Shown one piece after another: positions 18,386 through 28,072 of a stretch of 64,000 bases of DNA (the first letter of the stretch is position 1; every line of letters starts with the position of its first letter). Under the pieces are notes generated by a model, which saw nothing but the letters and a program-made list of their open reading frames with translations, searched no databases and was not told where the DNA came from. The stretch is from a virus: the IMG/VR virus record IMGVR_UViG_3300045391_005035. One strand, 5' to 3'. The translations under genes and the position numbers were made by a program.

Positions 18386-18934
18386 CTACCGGGACGTACG
18401 CTTCAGGCGCGGCATGTCCCACGGGTCGTCCGTGGTTGCGAGGCGCCATGAGACGACCTTCGACGGATCGAACAGAACGATCCAATCCTCGTCGAACTTG
18501 CTCACGTGCGACGCGCTGATGCCGAGGCTGGTGAAGAACTCTGCGAGCGCGATTCCTCGATCGCCGGAGGCGACCTCGTAGTTCACCATCAGGTTGAGCA
18601 GCACGTTCGCTCTCACCATGCCCGGATGCTTCTCGCGCAGCCGGTCGGCGTTGCGCAGGATGTCCGCGATGATCTGCTTCTTCGCGCGCATGCCGCGCTG
18701 CTGCTCCACCCACCGCACGACGACGTCGGTCGGCACTAGCGCGTCTTCGAGCCAGACGAGCGACGGATCCAGCTCTACACGCAGAAGCGTGCGCCGTCCT
18801 TTGGCGTACGTACGTGCGACCTCACGTGACGTAGTGAAGTAGAGACCAGGGCCCTCGGCGACCCGGCCACGCTTCGCGCCGATACGTGGCCGACCCTCCC
18901 AGACCTGCGACCCGGTGTAGACGCTGATGGTCAC
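18386..18934 (-). CDS. ADP-ribosyltransferase-fold-like protein with C-terminal KRTSR tag
   Basis: VYTGS...GPGLYFTTSREVARTYA...WIVLFDP. Confidence 0.55.
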   Translation of the reverse strand: MTISVYTGSQVWEGRPRIGAKRGRVAEGPGLYFTTSREVARTYAKGRRTLLRVELDPSLVWLEDALVPTDVVVRWVEQQRGMRAKKQIIADILRNADRLREKHPGMVRANVLLNLMVNYEVASGDRGIALAEFFTSLGISASHVSKFDEDWIVLFDPSKVVSWRLATTDDPWDMPRLKRTSR

Positions 18935-20340
18935 GTCGTGATCTCCACGACGGACCGCAGCTCGCGCACGACCTCTGCGACGCGATGCGCCCACAACCAC
19001 TGGTCCCACTCACGGTCGTAGAACGTGCCGCTGCTGTCCGGGATCTCGTGCCATTCGACCGGCACGATGGTCCCGGTGTACCCGGCGGCGACCGCCCACT
19101 CCTTCGCCATCTCGACCACGGAGCGATGCCGAGCACCGGCTCCCCATGTTCCGCGATCGCTCGCGTCTGGCACCACCAGGTACGGGAACTGTGTCAGGGC
19201 GATCGTCTCTCGGCCCTTTGCTTCGCAGTACACGTACTTTTCGTCGGTGCCGCCCAGCTCCTGGTTGAGCCGTGCGAACGCTTCCGGCGTGCGGACCTTC
19301 GCCCATGGCTTCAGACGGCGCTGGATCGCGCGCTTCAGTTGGCTGGTCTTGTCGAGCGCCTCGTTGCCTTCCGACGGTCCGCCGAATGATACGCGGGGCG
19401 TACCGAGGATGGCGAACCCATGTCCGTACACGTAGTCGTCGTGCCCGTGCAGCTCGTCGAATAGATCGCGGGCCATGCTCTCCATGAACGACTTGACGGT
19501 CCCAGACCACACGTCGGTGCCGTAGACCCAAACGCTCGGGTCATCGCCACGGGATCGGTATGGCTTGAGGCTGTCGATGACCAAGCCGAGGCGCGCGACG
19601 AGGCACCCGTAGCCGAAGTTGGCGGCGGGGATCGGTCCAACTGAGAGCGATGGGAAGAGCAGGCCTCCGCAGGCGCGAATGCTGCTCGCGCGCTCGGTCA
19701 TCGGATCGTTCGGCGTGAACGACATCGAGTGCGCGACCATCACCGGAGAACCGCCCAGCATGCCCATCACTGGCTCGTGTTTCGTCGCCACGACCGGCTT
19801 CGCCGGAAAGACCAAGCATGGGTTCACGCCATGGAGCGGGCGCGATGGGCTACCGGGCGACGCGTCCCGATCAGCCACCTCGATCAGCCACCCTGGGCGC
19901 TCTGGGGTGACGGCGCGCTTCTTCTTGGCGTCCCAGTACGAGCGGACGGGCCACGGGTACCCTGGCTCGGGGATGAACGTCAGCGTGACGCTGCCCGGCA
20001 GCAGATTCGCGAGCCGCTGGAGGAACTCGGAAAAGTGGATGTTGTTGTCGTAGGCGAAGATGTCAGCGTCCTGGCCGAACACACGTCGCGCGAGCCGATC
20101 GAGCCAGCTACCGCGCATGCCGTACTCGTGGTCCTCGTCGAGCGACGGCATGTGCCCAAACAGGCGCGCCACCTTGAGTGGGTTGCCGACGAGAGCGGCG
20201 TGCAGGCCGTAGCGCTCGCTCCACACGTAGGCGTTCGTGAACGTGCCACGTCCGAAGTGCGACCCGAACTCCAACAACGACGCGCCGACGTCGCGAACGA
20301 GCTGCTGCTCTGTGAGGGGCGTCTGTGCTTCTTCTTCCAC
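18931..20340 (-). CDS. hypothetical protein
   Basis: 469-aa ORF with globular composition; TACGAT 6 nt upstream of GTG. Confidence 0.7.
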   Translation of the reverse strand: MEEEAQTPLTEQQLVRDVGASLLEFGSHFGRGTFTNAYVWSERYGLHAALVGNPLKVARLFGHMPSLDEDHEYGMRGSWLDRLARRVFGQDADIFAYDNNIHFSEFLQRLANLLPGSVTLTFIPEPGYPWPVRSYWDAKKKRAVTPERPGWLIEVADRDASPGSPSRPLHGVNPCLVFPAKPVVATKHEPVMGMLGGSPVMVAHSMSFTPNDPMTERASSIRACGGLLFPSLSVGPIPAANFGYGCLVARLGLVIDSLKPYRSRGDDPSVWVYGTDVWSGTVKSFMESMARDLFDELHGHDDYVYGHGFAILGTPRVSFGGPSEGNEALDKTSQLKRAIQRRLKPWAKVRTPEAFARLNQELGGTDEKYVYCEAKGRETIALTQFPYLVVPDASDRGTWGAGARHRSVVEMAKEWAVAAGYTGTIVPVEWHEIPDSSGTFYDREWDQWLWAHRVAEVVRELRSVVEITT

Positions 20341-20352
20341 CAGGCGATCGTA

Positions 20353-20769
20353 CTACGAGCCCGTCTTCTTGCGAGCCAGCGGCCTGTTCCGCGGCCGATG
20401 CGGCTTGTCGAGCCCGAGCGTCTCTCGCTTCGGATGGTCTGGCGACATTGAACTGCATCCGTGATCACGGTACGAGCGTAGGTCGCGCACTACGCGGCCG
20501 AGGAGTGCGTTTCGCGGCTCGTGCCGGAACAACGACTCCGCCCGCTCCAGAGACTTCTTCATCGCCGCCAGCACCGGGAACTCCCACGCGACGCCGGTTT
20601 CTTTCGTCTCGGGCACGTACGCCGCGTGCACAGCGGACGCCCACGTGCGCCACGCGACGATGCCTGCCCGATCTTCGAGCGGCATGAACCACTCGTGCGT
20701 CGCGTCGGGCGCATCGGGGCGGCCGAGCCGCTTGCGCAACGCCGCCCACGGCTTCGGCGCGTCGGTCAC
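20353..20769 (-). CDS. hypothetical protein
   Basis: GTGA overlap with HTH gene. Confidence 0.5.
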   Translation of the reverse strand: MTDAPKPWAALRKRLGRPDAPDATHEWFMPLEDRAGIVAWRTWASAVHAAYVPETKETGVAWEFPVLAAMKKSLERAESLFRHEPRNALLGRVVRDLRSYRDHGCSSMSPDHPKRETLGLDKPHRPRNRPLARKKTGS

Positions 20770-20927
20770 CGCTGCTGCCAGCGCCAGATCGTCGACGGCG
20801 CCCGGCGAATCTTCTTCGCGATCTGGCGCATCGTCGCCCCCTTCTTCGTCATCGTCTTCACGGTGGCGATCTCCTTCTTGGAGAGATGGGTGATCTGCTT
20901 CCGCGTCTTCGTCTTCTTCTTGGCCAT
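20766..20927 (-). CDS. small basic helix-turn-helix protein (53 aa, below ORF-track cutoff)
   Basis: MAKKKTKTRKQITHLSKKEIATVKTMTKKGATMRQIAKKIRRAPSTIWRWQQR; purine-rich RBS. Confidence 0.7.
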   Translation of the reverse strand: MAKKKTKTRKQITHLSKKEIATVKTMTKKGATMRQIAKKIRRAPSTIWRWQQR

Positions 20928-20944
20928 GATTCTCTCTCTTTCCT

Positions 20945-22630
20945 CTAGTCGAACAAGATCGGTGACGCCTGCACGCCATCACGCGACACCTGCGTGAGCT
21001 TGCGTGCGCCGAGGCGTTGCAGGTATGCGTTGCGCGTCGACGTCTTGAAACCGGTCACCCTCGTCACCTCGTCGCGGCTGACGTATTCCGGGTAGCGGTC
21101 CGTCAGAGACCTCAGCACCTCGGCCTCGCCCGACGGCAGTTGGTCCAGCCAGTGCGTGAGCAGCGCGGAACCGGTAGGCAACGGCTCGAAGTCTGGTCCC
21201 AGCAGCGCGAGCGCTCGCTCCGTGGCAACGAACGGCTCGTCGCCCACGAGGCCCTTCAGCCGCAGCCGTTGCAGATACGCGTTGCGCGTCGACGTCTTGA
21301 AGCCGGTCAGCACCGTGACCTGTTCTCGCGACACGCCTGCATCGCCATGCTGCGCCACGGCCACGAGCACTGCACGCTCTCCGGAACCGAGCTGCTCTGC
21401 ATCGTCGTCGCCGAAGCGATCTGCGCCGGGCTCCGTGGTACGCCGCCGTGGTGCCGGGCGTGGCGCCGGCTGAGGCTCGCGGCTCGCGGGCTGCGCAAGG
21501 ATCGGCTTCGTGCTGAGGCGCTGGACCGTCGCGTTGATCTTGTTCGCCACCTCGTCGATCTCACCGGCGATCTTCACCGCCTCGCGGATCTCCCGCAGGC
21601 CCTCCCGCAGGTTGTCGCGTACCAGCTCGAACGCGGCGATCACGTCTCGGCCCACGACGGGCACCTCGATCGGCTTCGCGGGAGGCGCCGGCGGCGGCAC
21701 AGGCTTCGCCGCCAGCTCGCGCTTCAGCCGCGCGACCTCCTGCCGCAGCTCCTCGACCGACTTCGCGCGCTCCTCCGCCTCCGCCGGCAGATCGCTGAGC
21801 TTCGGGAGCAGGGCCTTGATCTTCGAGGTCGGCGGCGGCGGCTTGTGCGCGATCCTCGCGCCCGCCTTCGGATGCGTCGTGAGCACCGCACCGACCTTCA
21901 CCGGCACGACGCCGCGCTGGCTGAACGCCGGCCCCGAGGCGAAGAACGAGCCGGGCGTCAGCTCCTTCAGCTCGCCCCAGCGCGCCTTCGGGAACCCCAG
22001 CTCGTCCGAAGCTCGCAGCAGGTCCACGTCCAGCGACGTACGTCCGATGAGCTTGTTGTTCAGCTCCGCCGCCGCGTCCTTGTGAAGTTTCGCGATGCGC
22101 TGCGTCGCGAGCATGGCCGAGTAGCCGCGCTTCCGACCCCGGCTACACAGGTCGATCACGGCCGATGCGCTCTCCGCACTGCCGACCTGTGGACAGAACA
22201 CGTGTGCCTCGTCGACGACAACGAGCGCGGGGTGCCACAATCGCTTCGGGGCCTCGATCAGCGCTTCGAGGAATAGCCGCACGAACTGGATGCGCTCATG
22301 CGCCTTCAGCTCGTACAGGTCGAGCACCGCCGAGACGCCCAGCTCCAGCAGACGCTCGGCAAGCAGGCCGGCCGAGCGCGGATGCGCAACGGTGTCCCCG
22401 CCAGCCCGTGCGGCGTGCACGTAGTCGTACTCCTCGCGCAGCGACGCGAACTCACCTTCGGGGTCCAACACGAGGTGCTGCACCTTGCCGTGCGTCTTTT
22501 CGAGGATGTGCCGCACCGCCCAGCTCTTGCCGCCGCCGCTGTTGCTCTGCACGAGCAGACGCGTGTCCACCAGCGTGTCGATGTCGCACGCGAGCTTGTG
22601 GGCGTCATCGATATAGAACCGCTTGCTCAC
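20945..22630 (-). CDS. HerA/FtsK-superfamily P-loop ATPase with duplicated C-terminal wHTH-like repeats
   Basis: QSNSGGGKS, LDPEGEF, VVVDEAH, RGRKRG, ATQR; 2x VSR..VT..TGFKTSTRNAYLQRL. Confidence 0.85.
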   Translation of the reverse strand: MSKRFYIDDAHKLACDIDTLVDTRLLVQSNSGGGKSWAVRHILEKTHGKVQHLVLDPEGEFASLREEYDYVHAARAGGDTVAHPRSAGLLAERLLELGVSAVLDLYELKAHERIQFVRLFLEALIEAPKRLWHPALVVVDEAHVFCPQVGSAESASAVIDLCSRGRKRGYSAMLATQRIAKLHKDAAAELNNKLIGRTSLDVDLLRASDELGFPKARWGELKELTPGSFFASGPAFSQRGVVPVKVGAVLTTHPKAGARIAHKPPPPTSKIKALLPKLSDLPAEAEERAKSVEELRQEVARLKRELAAKPVPPPAPPAKPIEVPVVGRDVIAAFELVRDNLREGLREIREAVKIAGEIDEVANKINATVQRLSTKPILAQPASREPQPAPRPAPRRRTTEPGADRFGDDDAEQLGSGERAVLVAVAQHGDAGVSREQVTVLTGFKTSTRNAYLQRLRLKGLVGDEPFVATERALALLGPDFEPLPTGSALLTHWLDQLPSGEAEVLRSLTDRYPEYVSRDEVTRVTGFKTSTRNAYLQRLGARKLTQVSRDGVQASPILFD

Positions 22631-23178
22631 GCGCTCCTCATCGCGTCGACGAAGACCTTGAGGCCGCCCTGCGAATCGATGTGGTAGCTGTCGACGGTGA
22701 CCGTGCGGTAGAGCCGCTTCAGCTCCTCCGGCGAGGTCGCGAGCGGACCGTTCTCGCCGCGAAACAGCGGCCCGAGAGCCTTCGCCAGGGCACCGTCGAG
22801 CGTACCGTCTTTGAACTTCGCGTAGAGTCGCAGATCGTTCTCGCCGCGTAGGTACTGGATCACCCTGCCCGCTTCGTCGCGGTATGTGAGCCACGGGTCT
22901 TCTGGCGGCGGGCAGCCGCAGTGCCCCGCCACACGCACATCACGCCGTCCGTACGGCCGCTGCTCGTACATCTGCATCGCAACCACGATCGGCACCGGAC
23001 CCGTCGCGACCCAGTAGTACCAGGCGCGATGGAACCAGATCTGCCCGAGCCGCCCGACAATGCTCGTACGCACCTCGTAGTCGCGCGGCTCTGGCAGGCG
23101 CTCGACCTCGATACCAGCGACGAACAGCTCTTCCTCGACGAGGGGGTCGGGATCTTTGTGCCCTGCGAGATTGATCAT
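22627..23178 (-). CDS. phage hypothetical protein
   Basis: F.RAWYYW, RVAGHCGCPPP, YHIDSQ.GL. Confidence 0.65.
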   Translation of the reverse strand: MINLAGHKDPDPLVEEELFVAGIEVERLPEPRDYEVRTSIVGRLGQIWFHRAWYYWVATGPVPIVVAMQMYEQRPYGRRDVRVAGHCGCPPPEDPWLTYRDEAGRVIQYLRGENDLRLYAKFKDGTLDGALAKALGPLFRGENGPLATSPEELKRLYRTVTVDSYHIDSQGGLKVFVDAMRSA

Positions 23179-23561
23179 CGACGTACCCTCCGTAGCGCGT
23201 GCCGCACGAACTCTTCCGGCGGACGCACCTGATGCTCTTCGAGATAGTGCGCGAATCCCTCCGGCCAGATGTAGACGCCGTCGTCGACGTCGCATGAGCC
23301 GTTGTCTTTGCCGCAGAAGCGGCACGTCGAGTGGCCCATGTACGACATCCCAAGCGGGACCGATTTCAGGTACCTGACGACGGCGTCGCGTTGCTTCGGG
23401 TCCCACGTGGGGTCGACGAGCTGCCGAGGATCGGGCCTTCCCATCAGCTCGCGGCCCAAAAACCACGCGCCCACGAGAAGCAGGTCCGCGGCCGTCCTCG
23501 GCGTCGCCCCAGCGGGATTCCATTCGCTGCGCCAGAACCCGACCTCGATCAGCCGCTTCAT
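23175..23561 (-). CDS. hypothetical protein
   Basis: YMGHSTCRFCG..NG...WPEGFAHYLEEH.V.PP. Confidence 0.65.
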   Translation of the reverse strand: MKRLIEVGFWRSEWNPAGATPRTAADLLLVGAWFLGRELMGRPDPRQLVDPTWDPKQRDAVVRYLKSVPLGMSYMGHSTCRFCGKDNGSCDVDDGVYIWPEGFAHYLEEHQVRPPEEFVRHALRRVRR

Positions 23562-23595
23562 TGCGCACTCTGTCTGACAGGTTCTTGCAACCAAG

Positions 23596-24060
23596 TCAAC
23601 CGACCCAACACGCGGGATGGCTGCTCCACGAGTACCCGTTCTCGATCGGAGCGGCGCGGTGGTTGCCATGTGGACAGTGCGTCCTGTCCATCGGAGGGCG
23701 CACGTTACCACGGGAGTCCATGCGATCGGCGATCGTGTCTGTGTCGTAGAACGCGTGGCCGTCGTCGTCGAGGTGGGCCTTGTCCGATTCGCTTTCACCG
23801 CAGCGCCCGCAGCGCTCGTGGTCGACGACATGGTCGTGCACCATCGGCGGCGCGAACTCGTGCCGATCTCCGAAGACGTCTCGCGCCAGACGCCCACCGC
23901 ATGCGCCGCACTTCAGGTACGAGCCCCACTTGCGATGGAAGCTGATGCGCTGACGCAGGAGCGCCGCGTCTCGTGCGCGCTCGGCTGCTTCGCGTAGCTC
24001 GCGAACCGCGGCGGGCTCAGCGAGATCCAAGGAACTGCTTTCCGGCGCCGACGAACCCAC
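23596..24060 (-). CDS. Cys/His-rich hypothetical protein
   Basis: CGACG, CGRCG. Confidence 0.5.
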   Translation of the reverse strand: MGSSAPESSSLDLAEPAAVRELREAAERARDAALLRQRISFHRKWGSYLKCGACGGRLARDVFGDRHEFAPPMVHDHVVDHERCGRCGESESDKAHLDDDGHAFYDTDTIADRMDSRGNVRPPMDRTHCPHGNHRAAPIENGYSWSSHPACWVG

Positions 24061-24280
24061 GGATCATTGCGAGGTGCATCAGCGACTGCTGACCCACTTC
24101 GATGGCGATACTTACGTCGCCGATCTTCTTCGAGACGCGCACGCCGTTGCCGCCATCCGTGAGCGTGAGATCTTTCGCCTCCACGCGCAGGACGGTCGGC
24201 AGGTTGAAGCTGTCGAGAAAGCCGTTGAGGTCCTCGGCGATCAGCTCGCGGCGATCTTTCGTCTCTGTGGCCATGGTCAT
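24017..24280 (-). CDS. hypothetical protein
   Basis: ATGA overlap with rtcB stop. Confidence 0.5.
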   Translation of the reverse strand: MTMATETKDRRELIAEDLNGFLDSFNLPTVLRVEAKDLTLTDGGNGVRVSKKIGDVSIAIEVGQQSLMHLAMIRGFVGAGKQFLGSR

Positions 24281-25440
24281 CCCTTCACGCAGAGGATCTG
24301 CTTGAGCTGCGCCTCGATCTCCACGAGATCGGACTGATTGTCCATAACGGCATCGATGTCCTTGTACGCACCGGGAATCTCGTCGATGACCCCACCGTCC
24401 TTGCGACACTCGACGCCCTTCGTCGCCGCGGCCAGGTCGTCGAGCGTGAACTTCCGCTTCGCTTCACCGCGCGACATCCGTCGGCCGGCGCCGTGCGACG
24501 CCGAGTGGAAGCTGTCCGGATTCCCGAGGCCCCGGACGATGTACGAGCACGTGCCCATCGAGCCTGGAATGATGCCGCGCTCGCCGGTCCGTGCAGAGAT
24601 CGCGCCCTTCCTCGTGACGATGACGTCCTCGCCGAAGTGGTGCTCTTCGCTCACGTAGTTGTGGTGGCACGAGATGGGCTCGTCGAACGACACGCCGTCG
24701 AAGACCTTGCGGAGTATGTCTTGGTAGATCGCAAGCATCACTTCGCGATTCTCCTTCGCGTAGCGCTGACTCCAAAACAGATCGCGCCGGTACGCTGCCA
24801 TCTCGGGCGTCTTCGCGAGGAAGACGGCCAGATCTTTATCCGGCAGCTCCGCGTTGTGCGCGAGCTTCTTCGCGCGAGCGATGTGCACCTCGGCGAGGCA
24901 CTTGCCGATGTTGCGCGAACCCGAATGCAGCATGAGCCACACGCAGTCGTCGGTGTCGAGGCACAGCTCGATGAAGTGGTTGCCACCGCCGAGCGTGCCG
25001 AGCTGCTTCTGAGCGTTGCCGAGCTTGTCCTTCACGCTCTCGTCGAGATTCTTGAACTCGGACCAGAGCGTCGAGCGACGTGCGAGCGGGTGCGTCTCCT
25101 CGTGGCTGCTCGGGCCGACGGGGATCTGCGCTTCGATCATCGAGCGCAGCGAGCTGAGCGAGTCAGGCAGCGCCTTCGACGTCAGGTTCGTGCGCACTGC
25201 GGCCATGCCGCAGCCGATGTCGACGCCGACCGCGGCGGGCGACAGCGCCTCCTTCATCGCAATGACGGAGCCGACGGTCGCGCCTTTGCCGAAGTGCACG
25301 TCCGGCATGACTGCGACGTGGTGGAATGCCCACGGCAGGGCGGCGATGCCCTTGAGCTGGTCGAGCGCAGCAGACTCCACCTCGTGGAGCTGCGTCCAGA
25401 GCTTCACCGGAACGACCTTGCCCTTCATCTCGGAGATCAT
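24277..25440 (-). CDS. rtcB: RNA 3'-phosphate/5'-OH ligase RtcB
   Basis: MPDVHFGKGATVG, VGVDIGCGM, GTLGGGNHFIE, LHSGSR, HHNY, RKGA, IPGSMG, SHGAGR, DEIPGAYK. Confidence 0.95.
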   Translation of the reverse strand: MISEMKGKVVPVKLWTQLHEVESAALDQLKGIAALPWAFHHVAVMPDVHFGKGATVGSVIAMKEALSPAAVGVDIGCGMAAVRTNLTSKALPDSLSSLRSMIEAQIPVGPSSHEETHPLARRSTLWSEFKNLDESVKDKLGNAQKQLGTLGGGNHFIELCLDTDDCVWLMLHSGSRNIGKCLAEVHIARAKKLAHNAELPDKDLAVFLAKTPEMAAYRRDLFWSQRYAKENREVMLAIYQDILRKVFDGVSFDEPISCHHNYVSEEHHFGEDVIVTRKGAISARTGERGIIPGSMGTCSYIVRGLGNPDSFHSASHGAGRRMSRGEAKRKFTLDDLAAATKGVECRKDGGVIDEIPGAYKDIDAVMDNQSDLVEIEAQLKQILCVKG

Positions 25441-25694
25441 GGCTTCCTCAGCAGTGTTGCGTACTCGCCGAGGTCCAACGCATGCGGACCAGCGGCCTCG
25501 TGGCTCGGACAGACGAACGCCAGATGCGCAGGCATCTGCCGCGTGCCAGTGTGCTTCTCGTGCTGGTACGTCGCGAGCTTGCACTCGCCCCACGCGCGAC
25601 CGCCGATGAACCGGCTGTGCTTGCACGTGCCGCAGGTCGCGACGAGGCGAACGCCGCGATCGGCGAATACGCTCAACTTCGACTTGTCGGGCAT
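25437..25694 (-). CDS. Cys-rich hypothetical protein
   Basis: CGTCKH...C...C. Confidence 0.55.
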   Translation of the reverse strand: MPDKSKLSVFADRGVRLVATCGTCKHSRFIGGRAWGECKLATYQHEKHTGTRQMPAHLAFVCPSHEAAGPHALDLGEYATLLRKP

Positions 25695-25736
25695 GCGCGA
25701 GGTGTCGCATGTTCTTGCAACACACGCAACCGCGTT

Positions 25737-25904
25737 CTACCAGTACCAGCCCTTCTTGGCTCGCAGCGGCGGGAGTAGGTCGTAGCGTCCGGTGCGGATC
25801 AGATGCTTGCAGCGAGCGCGGTGCAGCCGCGAGTGTTGTCGACGATACCAGGCGGGATCACGCCAGTTGCCGCCGATCGACTTGTGGTGCTTCGTTCGGG
25901 CCAT
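25737..25904 (-). CDS. small basic protein
   Basis: GGAGGA RBS; MARTKHHK...GWYW. Confidence 0.5.
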   Translation of the reverse strand: MARTKHHKSIGGNWRDPAWYRRQHSRLHRARCKHLIRTGRYDLLPPLRAKKGWYW

Positions 25905-25968
25905 GGGGTCCTCCAGGCCCGGAGGAGATCTCCGGGTCCTATCAGGACCACCTGGCGCAGCTCGCGCA

Positions 25969-26403
25969 TCACTCGTCCTCGTCGACGTCGTCGACCCAGA
26001 TGGGCGTACCAGGGCCCATCCACGACCCAACGACGTTGAACTCGAAGAACTCGTGCGCTTCCTCGGACGTCATGCCGCGAGCCTTCAGCACGAGCAGTGC
26101 GCTCGCCATCGAGAACGCGGCGATGGGCGGCTGACCGCACCGCCGAGCGAGTCCGATGAACGCGTCATCGAACCCATCGGGCCAGAGTGCGTCCGGGTTC
26201 TCGTCGGCCAAGAGCGCTCGGTGCCGCTCGACAAGCTGCCGGTGCTTGGCGACGAACTTCTGCGCTGCTCGCCGCGCCGCGATGGCGCGCGTAGCTGCGA
26301 CGCGAGCGGAGATCTTATCGGCGGCCTCACGCTCGGCGTCGCTCAGATCGGCGCGCAGGTCCTTCAGGACCTTGCCGAGCGTGTCGTCGAGCGCGTCACC
26401 CAC
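25969..26403 (-). CDS. phage hypothetical protein
   Basis: DGFDDAFIG...GM..EEA.EFFEFNV.G.W.G..TP motif. Confidence 0.7.
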   Translation of the reverse strand: MGDALDDTLGKVLKDLRADLSDAEREAADKISARVAATRAIAARRAAQKFVAKHRQLVERHRALLADENPDALWPDGFDDAFIGLARRCGQPPIAAFSMASALLVLKARGMTSEEAHEFFEFNVVGSWMGPGTPIWVDDVDEDE

Positions 26404-26459
26404 GGCCGGACAGTATGTTGCATAAACCATGGCGTCAAGCTGTGGTACGCTATTTTCCT

Positions 26460-27449
26460 ATGCCGACTCCCTCCTGCCGCGACCTTCTGAGCCGCGAGAT
26501 CTACGACCCCGTCTACGATCCGCTGACCGGGATCTGCTACCGGAACCCATGCGCCGCAGAGGAGGCGGGGATCGTCGACTGGATGCCCGGCTGCGGCGCC
26601 ACCATCCCGAGTTACGCGATCGACACGGGTCCCACGTGGGTGGAAGAGGCGTGGTGGAACGACGGCGGCGGGCGTGGTCGTCGCCGTCGTCGGCGCTCAG
26701 GACATCCGCTCTCGCCTCCCGGAGGCGGCCGCTTCGGTCCTACCCTCGGGCCGCCCATGCTCCGTCCTGGCGGGGGCATGAAGTCGTCGGGCGGTGGAGG
26801 AGATCTGCTCCCGCCGATGCACTCTGGTCCGACGATGTTCGGCCAGGCGTCCGACCCGGCGAATCGTCGCATGGGCGGCGCAGGCCCGGTAGGCCCAGGG
26901 CTCGACGTCGATCGACCGACGTACTCGCCGCACTACGGCGGCCAGGTCATGGCGCCATACGCGCCGTCCTCGGTACAGCTGCGCACGCAGCCGACGAGCT
27001 ACGTGGGCACGTACCGTCCGGCAGCGAGCAGCTACCAGGCGAGGCCGTACGCAGCCACCATGGCTCCGATGCGAGCGGCGTCGATGCAGATGCGCCCTCA
27101 GGCCGTCTCGGCGTCGAAGGGGATGCGTGGGCTCGGGCAGACGCCTCCGACGGTGCCCGGCGTGTCCGCGCCGTGCGACACGCTCATGTGCCGCATCAAC
27201 ACGTCGCCGTTCAATCCGATCCGCGCCGTTCGCGGCGTCTGGTTCCCCGAACCAAGTGGCAATCGCTTCGCTGGCATCGGCATCGCGCTGTACCGAGGCA
27301 TCGCCGTCGCAGGGGCACTCGGGGCGTCGTACGCGACCTCGCGTCGAACGCGCTCCGCAGCAAAGATCGTGGCCGCTGGCGTCGCCGGCCTTGTGTTCGC
27401 CCCGATGGGCCTCGACGCAGCCGTCAACGCATTCCGGAGCCGCGCGTGA
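26460..27449 (+). CDS. membrane protein with Kazal-like N-terminus and MRGLGQ motif
   Basis: C....IYDPV....G.CY.NPC.A; low-complexity linker; GLG; two C-terminal hydrophobic helices. Confidence 0.65.
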   Translation: MPTPSCRDLLSREIYDPVYDPLTGICYRNPCAAEEAGIVDWMPGCGATIPSYAIDTGPTWVEEAWWNDGGGRGRRRRRRSGHPLSPPGGGRFGPTLGPPMLRPGGGMKSSGGGGDLLPPMHSGPTMFGQASDPANRRMGGAGPVGPGLDVDRPTYSPHYGGQVMAPYAPSSVQLRTQPTSYVGTYRPAASSYQARPYAATMAPMRAASMQMRPQAVSASKGMRGLGQTPPTVPGVSAPCDTLMCRINTSPFNPIRAVRGVWFPEPSGNRFAGIGIALYRGIAVAGALGASYATSRRTRSAAKIVAAGVAGLVFAPMGLDAAVNAFRSRA

Positions 27450-27712
27450 GCCTCGACTATCTTCTCCACTGCGACAACTGGGCCCAGGCCCCCAACCTGA
27501 ACGCAGGACGCTCAACCGTTCGCGGCCTGCGCAACGCGATCCGTGCTGCTGCGCGAAAGCTCTCCACCAACAGCGAAGACACGTGCCGCGTGTACCTGCC
27601 GAAGAACGGCTGGCTCCGACCGGGCGACGAGGTCGCTGCCGTTCGCCGGACGAAGAGCGGCTTCGCGGTGAAATACAACCCGAAGTTCGCACGCCACCTC
27701 GTTCCGACGTGA
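27446..27712 (+). CDS. hypothetical protein
   Basis: GTGA overlap. Confidence 0.5.
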   Translation: MSLDYLLHCDNWAQAPNLNAGRSTVRGLRNAIRAAARKLSTNSEDTCRVYLPKNGWLRPGDEVAAVRRTKSGFAVKYNPKFARHLVPT

Positions 27713-28032
27713 AGCTCATCGACCTCGAACCGACGTTTCTACAGATCGTCGGCCCCGGGCGGCGACTGCGCATCGACACGCTTCCGGCCGACGGCCTGAT
27801 GTTCCTGTGCCCAAAGTGCTTTCTCGCGAACAAAGGCAACGTCGGCACGCACAGCGTCTGTTGTTGGCAGCCGCACGTTCCGCAGACCGAACTACCCACC
27901 CCTGGGCGCTGGTCACTGGTCGGCACCGGGTACCACGACCTCACGCTCGTCGCCGGCTCGTCGTCGATCTTGCTCACCTCCGGCTGTCACGCTCACTTCT
28001 TCATTCGGAACGGCCTCATCGAGTGGAGCTAG
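27709..28032 (+). CDS. Cys/His hypothetical protein (DUF6527-like)
   Basis: FLCPKC...H...W....DLTL...SI...GC.HFFIRNG. Confidence 0.55.
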   Translation: MKLIDLEPTFLQIVGPGRRLRIDTLPADGLMFLCPKCFLANKGNVGTHSVCCWQPHVPQTELPTPGRWSLVGTGYHDLTLVAGSSSILLTSGCHAHFFIRNGLIEWS

Positions 28033-28037
28033 GTTGC

Positions 28038-28066
28038 TTGAACCTGTCGGACACCTCGGCTACCGT
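28038..28066 (+). promoter_or_regulatory. sigma70-like promoter, probably leaderless transcript
   Basis: TTGAAC-17-TACCGT-6-ATG. Confidence 0.55.
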
Positions 28067-28072
28067 CGCCTC

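Noticed and set aside
20766-20927. IS30-like transposase remnant
   Set aside because: Only a short HTH with its own RBS and stop; no DDE domain or terminal inverted repeats.
20945-22630. Genome-packaging ATPase
   Set aside because: HerA/FtsK-like, but long with coiled-coil and wHTH extensions and located in the accessory region; cannot be assigned to packaging from sequence alone.
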